A DNA stretch of 64,000 bases from an uncultured Chloroflexia bacterium (GCA_963828165.1 CAWHDR010000001.1:1440001-1504000); one strand, 5' to 3'; shown: positions 48,174 through 57,747, counted from the first letter of the stretch. Notes: generated by a model from the sequence alone, not told the origin. Translations and numbers: made by a program.

Positions 48174-49238
48174 ATGAAGCGAACTTTGGCCCTCGCGGCG
48201 GTCGCCCTTGCGGTCGCCCTTGGCTCGATTCCGAGTGCCCTCGCGGCCAACGGGACCGCTGGCACCTGGACCCCCACAGGCAGCATGGCCGTCCCCCGCG
48301 CCGACGTGACGGCGACGCGGCTCGCTAGCGGCCGCGTCCTCGTGGTCGGCGGCGTCAACGAGCCCACGACCGAGCTGTATGACCCGGCAACCGGCGCCTG
48401 GCTCTCTGGCGGGACCCTGAACCAGCCGCGCTGGCTGCACGCCGCCACGGGCCTGGCCGACGGGCGGGTGCTCGTTGCCGGCGGCGGCGCCTACACCTCC
48501 ACAGCCGAGCTCTATGACCCGGCTACGAACCGGTGGACGTCGACCGGGAGCATGAGCGTCGACCGCTACGGGTTCACGGCGACACTGCTCCGCGATGGTC
48601 GGGTGCTGGTCGTTGGCGGGTTCTCGCTCAGTGGCACGCAGGCGACCGCCGAGCTCTTCGATCCGGCGACCGGTCGCTGGACCCGGACTGCGAGCCTCCG
48701 GGCGGCACGCCGGAACCACACCGCAACCCTGTTGCCGGATGGCCGGGTCCTGGTCGCGGGAGGCTTCAGCTCCGCTGGCTGGCTGCGCAGCGCCGAGGTG
48801 TTCGACCCCAGCCGCGGTCGGTGGACTCGAGCGGCGGACTTGACGACCGCTCGGGAGCACGCCACGGGGACCCTGCTCGGCAACGGGCGGGTGCTCGTGG
48901 CCGGCGGCGGCAACCCGAGCGCGACACGGTCGGCCGAGCTCTATGACCCGGCCTCGAACCGATGGACCCCGACGGGCAGCATGACTGGCTATGGCGGCAC
49001 CGCGGTCCTCCTCGCCGACGGCCGCGTCCTCAACGCCGGCAGCGGCACCGGCGACGTCTACGCACCCGCCACCGGCACCTGGACCCCGAGCGGCCCGATG
49101 GTCTTCCCCTACGCTTCCGCCGGCGCGGCCCTGCTCGCCAGCGGGCAAGTCCTCTACGTCGGCGGCACCAAGGTCAAGTACTGCGGCCAATACTCCTGTG
49201 ACGAGCCAGTTGCTGATGCCGAGCTCTACACCCCGTAG
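48174..49238 (+). CDS. Secreted Kelch-repeat beta-propeller protein
   Basis: Signal peptide; about 6 repeats of ATLLxDGRVLVAGG...AELYDPATxxW. Confidence 0.9.
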   Translation: MKRTLALAAVALAVALGSIPSALAANGTAGTWTPTGSMAVPRADVTATRLASGRVLVVGGVNEPTTELYDPATGAWLSGGTLNQPRWLHAATGLADGRVLVAGGGAYTSTAELYDPATNRWTSTGSMSVDRYGFTATLLRDGRVLVVGGFSLSGTQATAELFDPATGRWTRTASLRAARRNHTATLLPDGRVLVAGGFSSAGWLRSAEVFDPSRGRWTRAADLTTAREHATGTLLGNGRVLVAGGGNPSATRSAELYDPASNRWTPTGSMTGYGGTAVLLADGRVLNAGSGTGDVYAPATGTWTPSGPMVFPYASAGAALLASGQVLYVGGTKVKYCGQYSCDEPVADAELYTP

Positions 49239-49272
49239 CGGCCGATATCCGGCTCAGCCGTCCGCGCCGCGC

Positions 49273-49908
49273 GTGGGCGGACGGGATCACGCGGCCGCCT
49301 TGTCCGGCGGAACACGAAGAGCCGCGCGTTGGGCCCTGGTGGCTGCACTCGTCGCCGCCTGTGCGGGCCCGATCTCGACGCCGTCATCGGTCCGGGTCGA
49401 GTCCTCGGCCGCTCCATCGCGGTCCGCCGAGCCTGGCGAGGGGAGCCCTGCCGCGCCCTCGATTATCGACGCCGCATGGGCCCGGACCGATCTGACCGAT
49501 GTCGCAACGGGCGAGTCGTTCCGGATCGCCGACCTCGGTGGCCGCGTCGTCATCGTCGAGCCGATGGCGATCTGGTGCGTCAAGTGCCTGGCGCAGCAGC
49601 GCGAGGTGTATGCGGCGCTGGCCGAGCTCGACCCGGAGCTCGTCTCGTACATTCTCATCGACGTGGATCCGAATGAGACCGCCCCGGCGCTCGCGGAGTA
49701 TCGCTCGCGGAACGGGTTCACAGGCACATACGTTGTCGCCGGCAGCGAGACGGCCCGGGCGCTGGCCGCCGACTTCGGTGACCAGGTGCTCAACCCGCCG
49801 AGCACGCCGATGATCCTCATCGGCACCGACGGACGGATCACCATGACCGATCTCGGGCACAAGTCGGCTGGTGTCGTCGCGGAGCTCGCCCGCGACCACG
49901 GCGCGTAG
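49273..49908 (+). CDS. TlpA/ResA-like thioredoxin-fold lipoprotein
   Basis: VAAC lipobox, WCVKC, STP cis-Pro; adjacent to ccdA; start uncertain. Confidence 0.75.
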   Translation: MGGRDHAAALSGGTRRAARWALVAALVAACAGPISTPSSVRVESSAAPSRSAEPGEGSPAAPSIIDAAWARTDLTDVATGESFRIADLGGRVVIVEPMAIWCVKCLAQQREVYAALAELDPELVSYILIDVDPNETAPALAEYRSRNGFTGTYVVAGSETARALAADFGDQVLNPPSTPMILIGTDGRITMTDLGHKSAGVVAELARDHGA

Positions 49909-49927
49909 GCCCTCAGGTCCGCCCGGC

Positions 49928-50602
49928 GTGGACGGCCTCTGGCTCTCGTTCTCATTGGGTGTCGCGAGCGCAGCGAGCCCGTGCCTGTTGCCGCTCTACC
50001 CGAGCTTCCTCGCGTATCTCGCGGCGAACGCGGGCGCCCTTTCGGGCCGACGCGGCACCGGCCTGCTCGGATTCCTCATCCTCGGCGGCGTCCTCACGAC
50101 GATGCTCGGGGTTGCCGTTGTACTCGTGGCTGTTTCGGTCCCGATCGGGTCCCTGCTCGGCTATGCGATCCCACTGGTCGATTCGCTCCTGATCGTTCTG
50201 GGGCTGCTGCTCCTTGCCGGGCGGAACCCGTTCGAGCGACTTCCCGGCGCCCGCGTCCCGATCGTCGGCAACCCCTTTGGCCAGGCGTACCTCTACGGCG
50301 TGATGCTCGGTCCGCTCGCGCTACCGTGTGCCGGCGCATTCGCGCTCTCGCTCATCGCGTATTCGGTCGGGCTCGCCGAAACCCTGCCGCGGATCGGGAC
50401 GTTCATCGCCTACGGCCTCGGGTTCGGGCTGCCGCTCGTGGTGCTGTCGCTGATCGCCGGTACGAGCCGCGAGCGACTGGTGCGGTTCGTGGTCAGGCAC
50501 CACCGTCCCATCGAGGTCGCCGGCGGCGCGCTGCTCGTCGCGGTCGGTGCGTGGGACTTCGCGACGAACCTGGAAAGCATCCGGCTCACGTTCGGCATTT
50601 GA
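49928..50602 (+). CDS. ccdA: Cytochrome c biogenesis protein CcdA (DsbD-beta type)
   Basis: SPCLLPLYP and LPCAG Cys motifs, YGLGFGLP; 6 TM. Confidence 0.88.
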   Translation: MDGLWLSFSLGVASAASPCLLPLYPSFLAYLAANAGALSGRRGTGLLGFLILGGVLTTMLGVAVVLVAVSVPIGSLLGYAIPLVDSLLIVLGLLLLAGRNPFERLPGARVPIVGNPFGQAYLYGVMLGPLALPCAGAFALSLIAYSVGLAETLPRIGTFIAYGLGFGLPLVVLSLIAGTSRERLVRFVVRHHRPIEVAGGALLVAVGAWDFATNLESIRLTFGI

Positions 50603-50762
50603 GCTCGCCAGTCCGCGGCTTTGACTTCACGGCCACGTCCCGGCGATCGAGGCGGAGGCCGCCGGCGATGACGAGCACGACGCTAGCGACCGCCAGGATA
50701 TCCAGGCGTCGCTGCCCGCTCTCCGCCTGCCAGGGAGCCTCGCCGACGATTGCCTGAGCCCC

Positions 50763-52139
50763 CTAAGGGGTGGGGCAGATCCACGGGTCGCCGCAGAACG
50801 CCGCACTCCCGCCGACGATGGTCGCCGCGACGGTCATGGCCCGGATCTCGTCTGGGGAGGCGGTGGTGACGTCGCCACTCAGGATCGTGACGTCGCCGAG
50901 CGTGCCAGGTGCGAGGTGGCCCCGCCGAGCGTCGTCGCCCAGCATCCACGCCGCATCGAGCGTGACGCTCCGCAACGCCTGCTCGGCGGTCAGCAGCTGG
51001 TCCCGCAGCCACGATGGGGTCTCGGGCTGCGATCGCAGGCGCCCGTCAATCCCCGCGGCGGTGTGCTCCACAGGGCGCCCGAGTTCATCGGTCAGCTTGA
51101 GGTCCGGAAACGTCCACGGCGCATCGGTCGCCGAGGCGACGTGGAGCCCTGCGTCCACGAAGTCGCGCCAGCGGGCGAACTGGTCGGCCGCCTCGCCGGG
51201 GTCGTCGCGGTCGAACTCGGCGATGACGCGCGGGTCGAGGATCCAATCGGACGCTCCGTCGAGGTGGATCACGGCCCCGATGTCCATGGCCACCAGGCGG
51301 GCCAGCTGGTCGTCGGTCACCTGCATCGCGTGCTCGACCCGATGGTGGAGCCGATTCGGCCCGGTCGGGCCGATCGCCGCCTCGAAGGCGTCGAGGACCA
51401 GCTCCTGAGCGGCCGCGCTCATGGCATGGGCCGAGACCTGCCAGCCCGCGGCGTCCGCCCGGCTGATGGCGGCGGTGAGGTCCGCCGGCCCCCAGTTGAT
51501 GACCTTGCCCAACCCGTCGTCCAGATGGAGCTTCAGCCCCTGGACCCGGAGGCGGTCATCGACGGGGCCAGGCTCGCGGTCCGTGTACCAGTCCCCGAAG
51601 AACTCGCGGTCGTAGTTCAGCGCCAGGTAGGCGTCGACACGAAGCGGCAGGGCGTCGTCGGCGGCCAGTCGGGTTAGCTCATCAATCCGCTCCTGGTTCA
51701 CCCACTGTTCGGAGATCGAGGTCCATCCGCGGCGGACGACCGCGTCGATGGCCGCCTCCGCGGTGTCGATGCCGTAGTAGTCGCGATCTCCGATCCAGTG
51801 GGCATGGGCGTCGATGAACCCGGGGTACCCGACGCTGTCGCCGATGTCGACGACGGGGATGCCGTCGCCGGCGGCTGCCAGGACATCGTCCGGGGTGCCG
51901 ACCGAGACGACCATGCCGTCCTCGATGAAGACGGCCTCCGCGATCGGCGGATCGTCCATCGTGATGATCCGTCCGACAAGGACAAGGCTGCCGCTGTCGG
52001 GCGCGATGGGGATTCCGGCATCGGACGGCGCGGCGGCGGATCCACTCGGCGGCAATGGGGCGGTGGCGTTCGGCGAGCAGGCGACGAGCGCGCAGAGACC
52101 GGCCAAGCTGATGGCGCGAATCAGGCGTTCGGCGATCAT
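50763..52139 (-). CDS. Amidohydrolase (Amidohydro_3/YtcJ-like) lipoprotein
   Basis: LVAC lipobox, PGFIDAHAH, SAHAM, RVEHA, TDAP. Confidence 0.88.
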   Translation of the reverse strand: MIAERLIRAISLAGLCALVACSPNATAPLPPSGSAAAPSDAGIPIAPDSGSLVLVGRIITMDDPPIAEAVFIEDGMVVSVGTPDDVLAAAGDGIPVVDIGDSVGYPGFIDAHAHWIGDRDYYGIDTAEAAIDAVVRRGWTSISEQWVNQERIDELTRLAADDALPLRVDAYLALNYDREFFGDWYTDREPGPVDDRLRVQGLKLHLDDGLGKVINWGPADLTAAISRADAAGWQVSAHAMSAAAQELVLDAFEAAIGPTGPNRLHHRVEHAMQVTDDQLARLVAMDIGAVIHLDGASDWILDPRVIAEFDRDDPGEAADQFARWRDFVDAGLHVASATDAPWTFPDLKLTDELGRPVEHTAAGIDGRLRSQPETPSWLRDQLLTAEQALRSVTLDAAWMLGDDARRGHLAPGTLGDVTILSGDVTTASPDEIRAMTVAATIVGGSAAFCGDPWICPTP

Positions 52140-52376
52140 GGCGCGCCTCCTGGTCGGTTCAGCGTTTCGAGCAGGGTGTCCTCGGCGGCCGCGGCATCCG
52201 CGGAGCTGAGGTATTCGACGTTCGGGTCCCCGTCGACCGGCGGGTGAACCCCGGCCTCTGGGCCCTCGGCCTCGAGCGCCGGTCTTGTCCCATCTTCGTG
52301 ACAGCGAGAGCGGGCGGCCGTCGAGGCCGCCCGCTCAGCGGATCCGATCAGGCACTCGCCGGTGGCGAGGGACAAG

Positions 52377-53216
52377 CTACGGGGAGGGCGACGGACTTCG
52401 GTCGACGGCGTCCTCCGGATGCAGTTGCATGGTGGCAAGGACCTCCTCGAACCACGCCCTGTCGAATGGAGCGACGGCTGCTGGATCGTCCTGGGACACG
52501 CGAAGCGAGATCCAGTAGCCGCGGCCGGCGGTTGTGACGACCGCGAGGAGGTCGCAACCCTCGGACCCGATCAGTCCGGACGCCTCGCCCACCATGATCG
52601 GCTCGGTTGCCGTGCATTCCGGCGATTCCGCCATCTGCTCCGCGATCCAATCCTCCGGCGTGGAGTCCCCGATCGGCTGTGAGGTGATGGTCAGGAACAG
52701 ATGGTCCGTCAGGGTCGGGTGGGACAGGTGGTCGGCGTGGGGTTCGGTAATGGGATGGGTGGACGGGCCATCCGTCCAGGGCTCGGTTGCCGCTTCAGCG
52801 GTCCAGCCCTCGGGGTGCGCCACGGAGAATCCGTGCAGCGTCGAGGTGAATTGCTGGGTCAGTGGCGGAGCGGCAATTGGCGACGGGGATGGGTCGGAGG
52901 TGGCGGTCGGCGCAGGCGTGAGCGACGGCGATGCCGAAGGGGCGCCACCGACGCCGTCGGTCGCGGGCGGACCGAGCACCTGGGCACCGATGACGAGGGC
53001 CGCGACCACGGCAGCGGCGCCGAGGCCAAGGGAGACGATCTTGTTCATGAAGGGGAACCTCCGCGCCAGCCACCATGGGCTTCGGCGCTGTGGGGTCGTG
53101 TGCAGCAGGTCAAGGACCGTGCCCGCAACGCGGGAGACGTCTTCGTGACGGTCCTCGCGAAGCCACGACCGGATGACGCGGTCGACGTTCCGATCGGAAG
53201 ATCCACGTTCGTTCAT
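52377..53216 (-). CDS. Single-TM protein, putative anti-sigma factor
   Basis: Overlaps the ECF stop; short cytoplasmic part (RSWL...TTPQRR), TM, PS/PT linker, extracellular domain. Confidence 0.7.
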   Translation of the reverse strand: MNERGSSDRNVDRVIRSWLREDRHEDVSRVAGTVLDLLHTTPQRRSPWWLARRFPFMNKIVSLGLGAAAVVAALVIGAQVLGPPATDGVGGAPSASPSLTPAPTATSDPSPSPIAAPPLTQQFTSTLHGFSVAHPEGWTAEAATEPWTDGPSTHPITEPHADHLSHPTLTDHLFLTITSQPIGDSTPEDWIAEQMAESPECTATEPIMVGEASGLIGSEGCDLLAVVTTAGRGYWISLRVSQDDPAAVAPFDRAWFEEVLATMQLHPEDAVDRSPSPSP

Positions 53217-53761
53217 CGAACCCCCTCCCGGGCCGTCGGCTGCGCGTCGTCGACGAGCGCGGTGCGCAGCTGCCGCGTGGCGTAATGCAGTCTCGAGCCC
53301 ACCGTCCCGAGCGGCGCGCCGACGATGTCGGCGATCCGGTCGAGCGGCAGGTCCAGATAGTGGTGCAGCACCACCACCGTCCGATGGTCCGTGGAGAGAC
53401 GCCGAAACGCGCGCTCGAGCTCGTCGCGATCGACGACCGCACCCGTGCCATCAACCACCATCGGTTCGTCGACCGCCAGCAGCCGCACGTTCGGCGCCCA
53501 GCGGCGCGACTTCCGGCCCTCGGCGTAGCAGGCGCGCACGAGGAGCCGGTACGACCAGGCCTCGAAGCGGGCCGGGTCGCGGAGCTGGGGCAGGTCCTGC
53601 CAGATGCTGAGCAGCGCCTGCTGCGTGGCATCCTCGGCAAGCGAGATGTCGCTCAGGATCCGGTGCGACACCGCCAGGAACCGATCCGCGATGGCATAGA
53701 CCAGGTCGGCAAATGCCTCCTGGTCGCCGCCCTGTGCACGTACCACGAGATCGGTGTCCAT
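53213..53761 (-). CDS. ECF RNA polymerase sigma factor
   Basis: LVVRAQGGDQEAF, AEDATQ, FEAWSYR, GTVGSRLHYA. Confidence 0.92.
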   Translation of the reverse strand: MDTDLVVRAQGGDQEAFADLVYAIADRFLAVSHRILSDISLAEDATQQALLSIWQDLPQLRDPARFEAWSYRLLVRACYAEGRKSRRWAPNVRLLAVDEPMVVDGTGAVVDRDELERAFRRLSTDHRTVVVLHHYLDLPLDRIADIVGAPLGTVGSRLHYATRQLRTALVDDAQPTAREGVR

Positions 53762-54192
53762 GGCCCTTCCCGGGTGCGGCGACGGGTACCTCCCGACGCT
53801 ACATACGGTATGGGTGCCCGAGGGTCGCGTTTTTTTCAGTTGGGCTCGAAGCGGCCCCGGGTCGCGCATGTTCGGAAGCTGCCGCCACGCGCCGGACGCC
53901 GTTCTTTCGTGAGCGAGCGCGAGCGCGTGGGGGGCCCGGTCGGCCGCCACAAATGTCGTTCACTGGCCGCGCACTCCCGTTCACATGGACCTGCTGTGTG
54001 GACAGCAGGTCTTGAGGAGCATCTACGACGGGGCATCCGCCTCGCTGCTTGGGCCAGGGCCGCTCGTGAATCGCCACGTTGCGCCGGAGAACCCGTCCAG
54101 TTAGCAGGTCTTCGTCAGTTAGCAGGGATTCGCCAGCCGGGAGGACCGAGCTAACTCCGGACAGGTGCCCTTAGTAGGCACGAAAAAGGGAG

Positions 54193-54267
54193 TGGAGCCG
54201 ACACTCGGATTTGAACCGAGGACCTGCTGTTTACGAAACAGCTGCTCTACCGCTGAGCTATGTCGGC
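54193..54267 (-). tRNA. tRNA-Thr(CGT)
   Basis: GCCGACA..TGTCGGC acceptor, GCTGT-TTCGTAA-ACAGC anticodon arm, GGTTCAAATC, encoded CCA. Confidence 0.97.
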
Positions 54268-54557
54268 GCCGCACGAGTATAGGCGACGCTCGATAGACAT
54301 CTGCTGAACGTGATACCAGCGCTCGCGCAAATCGTGCGTAGACCGGTGGCACAGCGCTGGTACAGCTGCGCGTTGCGCGGCGGCTGGTCGCCCCAGGCCA
54401 CCGGACTCGAACGGCGGCGCGCCGCTGCCGTTCAGATCAACGACGACGCAATTTGCCACGTTCTTGCAACCAACCTGTGACGCCAGCCGGACGACGCCAT
54501 CGTCGGCCGTTAGCCCTCCCGTGCGACCGTTCGAGGTCGAACAAGGAGGTGGCTCCC

Positions 54558-54728
54558 ATGCCCCAGAAGGAACATCTTCCGAGCGTGAGCTCCAAAGAGC
54601 AGCGCATGTACGAACACATCAAAGCCAGCGAGCGCAAGGACGGCCGCTCGCTGAAGCGCGCGAAGGCGATCGCCGCGGCGACTGTGGTCAAGCACCACAA
54701 CGAGGAGCGTCACCCGAAGTCGAAGTAG
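54558..54728 (+). CDS. Small basic protein (56 aa)
   Basis: Strong AAGGAGGT RBS; RMYEHIKASE...AKAIAAATV. Confidence 0.8.
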   Translation: MPQKEHLPSVSSKEQRMYEHIKASERKDGRSLKRAKAIAAATVVKHHNEERHPKSK

Positions 54729-54918
54729 GCCACAGATCCATCGACTGGAGGATGACGATGCCAGCGACGATCGAGCAAATGACGAGCTCGACTCTGATCG
54801 ACGCTCTCCCATCGACCGCGCCTGGAGAGCCATCGCCCACACCCACTGGAGCGATGTTTCCGGCAGGCCGGACGCACCCGGCAACTACCAGCAACTCGAG
54901 CGCTAGGGCGTCCGTTCG

Positions 54919-55311
54919 ATGATAAGTCTTCGACGTCTGCTCGTGCTCGAGGCCGTCGCCTTCGCGATCGCTTCGATCGTCCATTCGGGCGTCCTCACAA
55001 AGGTTTCGGTGGATCCCGGCGCCAACATCGCGGAGGGCGTGATCGCCGCCGTCCTGGCGGTGGCCGCTGTCGTGTCCTGGCTCCGACCGGCATGGACTCG
55101 CATCGCGGCCGGCCTGGCGCAGGGCTTCGGCCTGGCCGGATCGTTGATCGGCACATACCTGGCCTTCCGGGGCCTTGGTCCGAGCACGGTGCCGGACCTG
55201 ATCTTCCACGTCGCGGTCGTAGTCACGCTTGCGACAGGCCTCGCGGCGGCCATCCGGGGGCCGGGCGGAGGACCTTCCCCGCAGCAAGCGCGAAGCGCAT
55301 GGCAACGGTGA
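54919..55311 (+). CDS. Small 4-TM membrane protein
   Basis: Hydrophobic segments; stop overlaps the next start. Confidence 0.7.
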   Translation: MISLRRLLVLEAVAFAIASIVHSGVLTKVSVDPGANIAEGVIAAVLAVAAVVSWLRPAWTRIAAGLAQGFGLAGSLIGTYLAFRGLGPSTVPDLIFHVAVVVTLATGLAAAIRGPGGGPSPQQARSAWQR

Positions 55312-55832
55312 TGGACCCGAACGTCGTGGACCAGAAGAACCTGGATATCTACGGGCACGAGCCGATCCCGTGGTCGCGACCGCTCGCCGAGCTCGAGAAG
55401 CTCGTGACCGGTCCGGGCTCGAGCGCCTGGATCGCAACGACCCGCCCCGATGGGCGTCCACATGTTGCCGGGGTCGGTGCCGTCTGGCACGACGGCAGGT
55501 TCTATGTCGTGAGCGGGCCTGGCACGCGCAAGAGCCGGAACCTCGCCGAGAACCCCAACTGCGTGATCTCGGTCGGCCTCCCGGGGATCGACCTCGTCGT
55601 CGAGGGCACGGTCGAGCGCGTCACCGATGCGGCCAAACTCCAGCGCGTCGCCGACGAGTACAACGCCCAAGGTTGGGATCCCAAGGTGAAGGACGGCGCG
55701 TTCACCGCCCCATACAGCGCGCCGAGCGCGGGGCCGCCCCCGTGGGACCTGTACGAAATCACCCCGACGACCGCGTTCGGCGTGGCCACTGACGACCCGC
55801 AAGGCGCGACCCGCTGGCGCTTCAAGGACTGA
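55311..55832 (+). CDS. Pyridoxamine 5'-phosphate oxidase-like (FMN/F420 split-barrel) protein
   Basis: WIATTRPDGRPH, TRKSRNLAENP, VVEG, ATRWRF. Confidence 0.9.
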   Translation: MDPNVVDQKNLDIYGHEPIPWSRPLAELEKLVTGPGSSAWIATTRPDGRPHVAGVGAVWHDGRFYVVSGPGTRKSRNLAENPNCVISVGLPGIDLVVEGTVERVTDAAKLQRVADEYNAQGWDPKVKDGAFTAPYSAPSAGPPPWDLYEITPTTAFGVATDDPQGATRWRFKD

Positions 55833-55881
55833 GCGGCGCGACGCCCTGGAGCCACGCCCTCGAAGGGAAGGTGATTCAGCG

Positions 55882-56025
55882 CCCGGCATCTACGCCGCGG
55901 AAGACGTGTGACAGCGCTCGATGAAGCGCGTGACTGCCGCAGTCGGCGAAGGTGCCACGACCCTCCGCCAGATCCACGAGTCCCTCAGCGAGTCGGAGCC
56001 AGCAGCTGTAGCAGGCGCTCGGTAG
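55882..56025 (+). pseudogene. 3' remnant of a thioredoxin reductase-like gene
   Basis: PGIYAAEDV*QRSMKRVTAAVGEGATTLRQIHE with an internal TGA at 55909. Confidence 0.7.
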
Positions 56026-56176
56026 AACGCCCCTGGTCCGGCGAGGTCCTTTCTCGCCGGCCTACGATGGCGGTCGGTCGCCACTGTGTAGGCGCCCGTT
56101 GCGACGCTGGTTCGCAGGGTCCGTCGTATGGTTCGCGTGTCCGCTGCGGACTCGTACGAGATCGAGGACAGCGTCT

Positions 56177-57142
56177 ATGAACGTGCCCACCACCCACTCG
56201 AGGATGTGGCGCGTTCTTGTGCTCGCCACGGCCGGTCTGCTTGGCCTGTCCGCTTGTACCGGAGGTGCGGTCGCGACCATGCTGGTCGCCTCGCCGTCGG
56301 CGCCGGCCGCTCCTGCGTCGGCTCCTGCCGCTGTCACCTCAGACCCTGCCGGGTCTGCCTCGGCATCGGCCGCGTCCGGCTCCGTGCCAGTTCCGCTGGA
56401 CGTCCTCGTCAACGGGATGAGGATCAAGGGCAGATGCTTTGGCGAGCGGCCGCCCGGTGCGCCGGCCGTCGTGCTATCCCATGGGATCGGTGGCGATCAC
56501 ACCGAGATGCAGGTGGTGGAAGACCATCTCCGGGGACGGACGATGGTGTGCGGCTATTCGCGGGCGGGTGTCGGCGATAGTGATCCGCCGGCGAGATCGC
56601 CGCGGCCGATCGCCGACGTCGTCGCGGAGATGCACGGCGTGCTGACCGAGGCGGCGATCCCACCGCCGTACTTCCTGGTCGGGTTCTCCGGCGGCGGGGC
56701 TCTGGTGATGATGTACGCGGAGGCACACCCGGACGACGTCGTCGGGTTCGTGTCGATCAACCCGGTTCCGTCGTACGACCACTGGATCGACCTGGCCCGA
56801 GAGGTGTGGACGCCCGAAGAGCTCCAGGCCAACGAGATCGACTGGTATGAAGGCGGAAACCTGGAGAAGATCGACATGACGGGCAACGCCAGCATGCTGG
56901 AGGATCCCCTTCCGCCCGACATGCCATACGCCGTGATGTTCGACGAGGATTGCGGCGGCGACACGGCATTCTGTGACCGGATCTTCGAGCCGCTCTCAGA
57001 GACGACCAAGGCACTCGCGCAACATGGCGAGGGCGGCCGGTTCGAGTGGGTCAAGGGAGCGGGCCACGACATCGACCTCAAGGAGCCCGAACGCGTTCGC
57101 GCTACCCTCGACGAGATCTGGGACGAGGCCACGCGGCCCTGA
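56177..57142 (+). CDS. Alpha/beta hydrolase lipoprotein
   Basis: LSAC lipobox, SHG, GFSGGG, GAGH. Confidence 0.85.
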   Translation: MNVPTTHSRMWRVLVLATAGLLGLSACTGGAVATMLVASPSAPAAPASAPAAVTSDPAGSASASAASGSVPVPLDVLVNGMRIKGRCFGERPPGAPAVVLSHGIGGDHTEMQVVEDHLRGRTMVCGYSRAGVGDSDPPARSPRPIADVVAEMHGVLTEAAIPPPYFLVGFSGGGALVMMYAEAHPDDVVGFVSINPVPSYDHWIDLAREVWTPEELQANEIDWYEGGNLEKIDMTGNASMLEDPLPPDMPYAVMFDEDCGGDTAFCDRIFEPLSETTKALAQHGEGGRFEWVKGAGHDIDLKEPERVRATLDEIWDEATRP

Positions 57143-57288
57143 TGACCTGCGACGGGTCGCAGTTCGTCATCGGGCCCGCCCTCCTGCGCCTGGTGCTGAT
57201 GGGCCGGGACCTCGCGCCGACCGACATGGCGAGGATCGTGGAGCGGCCCATCGAGGCGCTCCGACCCGCCGGCCATTGACGACCGCGA

Positions 57289-57320
57289 AGCGGCGGCCGG
57301 AAGCGCAGCCGGCCGCCGCT
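57289..57320. terminator. 12-bp GC-rich hairpin between convergent genes
   Basis: AGCGGCGGCCGG-N8-CCGGCCGCCGCT; no U-tract. Confidence 0.5.
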
Positions 57321-57347
57321 GCATGATCGGGCCGCGCCCGAGCGGGC

Positions 57348-57695
57348 CTACTCGGTCAGGCCGACGACGTGGCCCTCGGAGTCGGCGACGAGCGCGAGCT
57401 GGGCCGATCCATCGGGGCTGAACCTGGGCATGATCACCGAGCCGCCGAGCTCGGAAGCGCGGGCCAGCGTGGCGTCGATGTCGGCGACCTTGACATAGCC
57501 GGTGACATGGCCGGCGGAGCCGTCTGGCGTGCCACCGATCCCGACGACGATGCCGGTGTCCTCGTGGTTGGTCATGCCATAGCCGCCGGGGGCGCTGGTG
57601 TCGAGCTTCCAGCCGAACAGGTCGCTCCAGTAGCGCTGCAGGGCCTGCTGATCCTTGCCGACGATCTCGAAGTGGATGACGTTCGGTGCTGTCAT
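57348..57695 (-). CDS. VOC/glyoxalase family protein
   Basis: VIHFEI, YVKVADIDATL, DSEGHVVGL; AGGAGG RBS. Confidence 0.92.
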   Translation of the reverse strand: MTAPNVIHFEIVGKDQQALQRYWSDLFGWKLDTSAPGGYGMTNHEDTGIVVGIGGTPDGSAGHVTGYVKVADIDATLARASELGGSVIMPRFSPDGSAQLALVADSEGHVVGLTE

Positions 57696-57747
57696 GGTTG
57701 ACCTCCTGTCGGGACAGAGGTCATGCGCCTCTCGGTCCCTTGCCCGG

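Larger units (their letters stand above)
38245..54237. mobile_element. Decayed genomic island integrated at tRNA-Thr(CGT); no integrase visible
   Basis: Bounded by the tRNA and a direct repeat of its 3' part; contains accessory genes and remnants. Confidence 0.65.

Noticed and set aside
48174-49238. DNA repeats of about 140-150 bp as a mobile or repeat array
   Set aside because: They correspond to Kelch blades within one protein.
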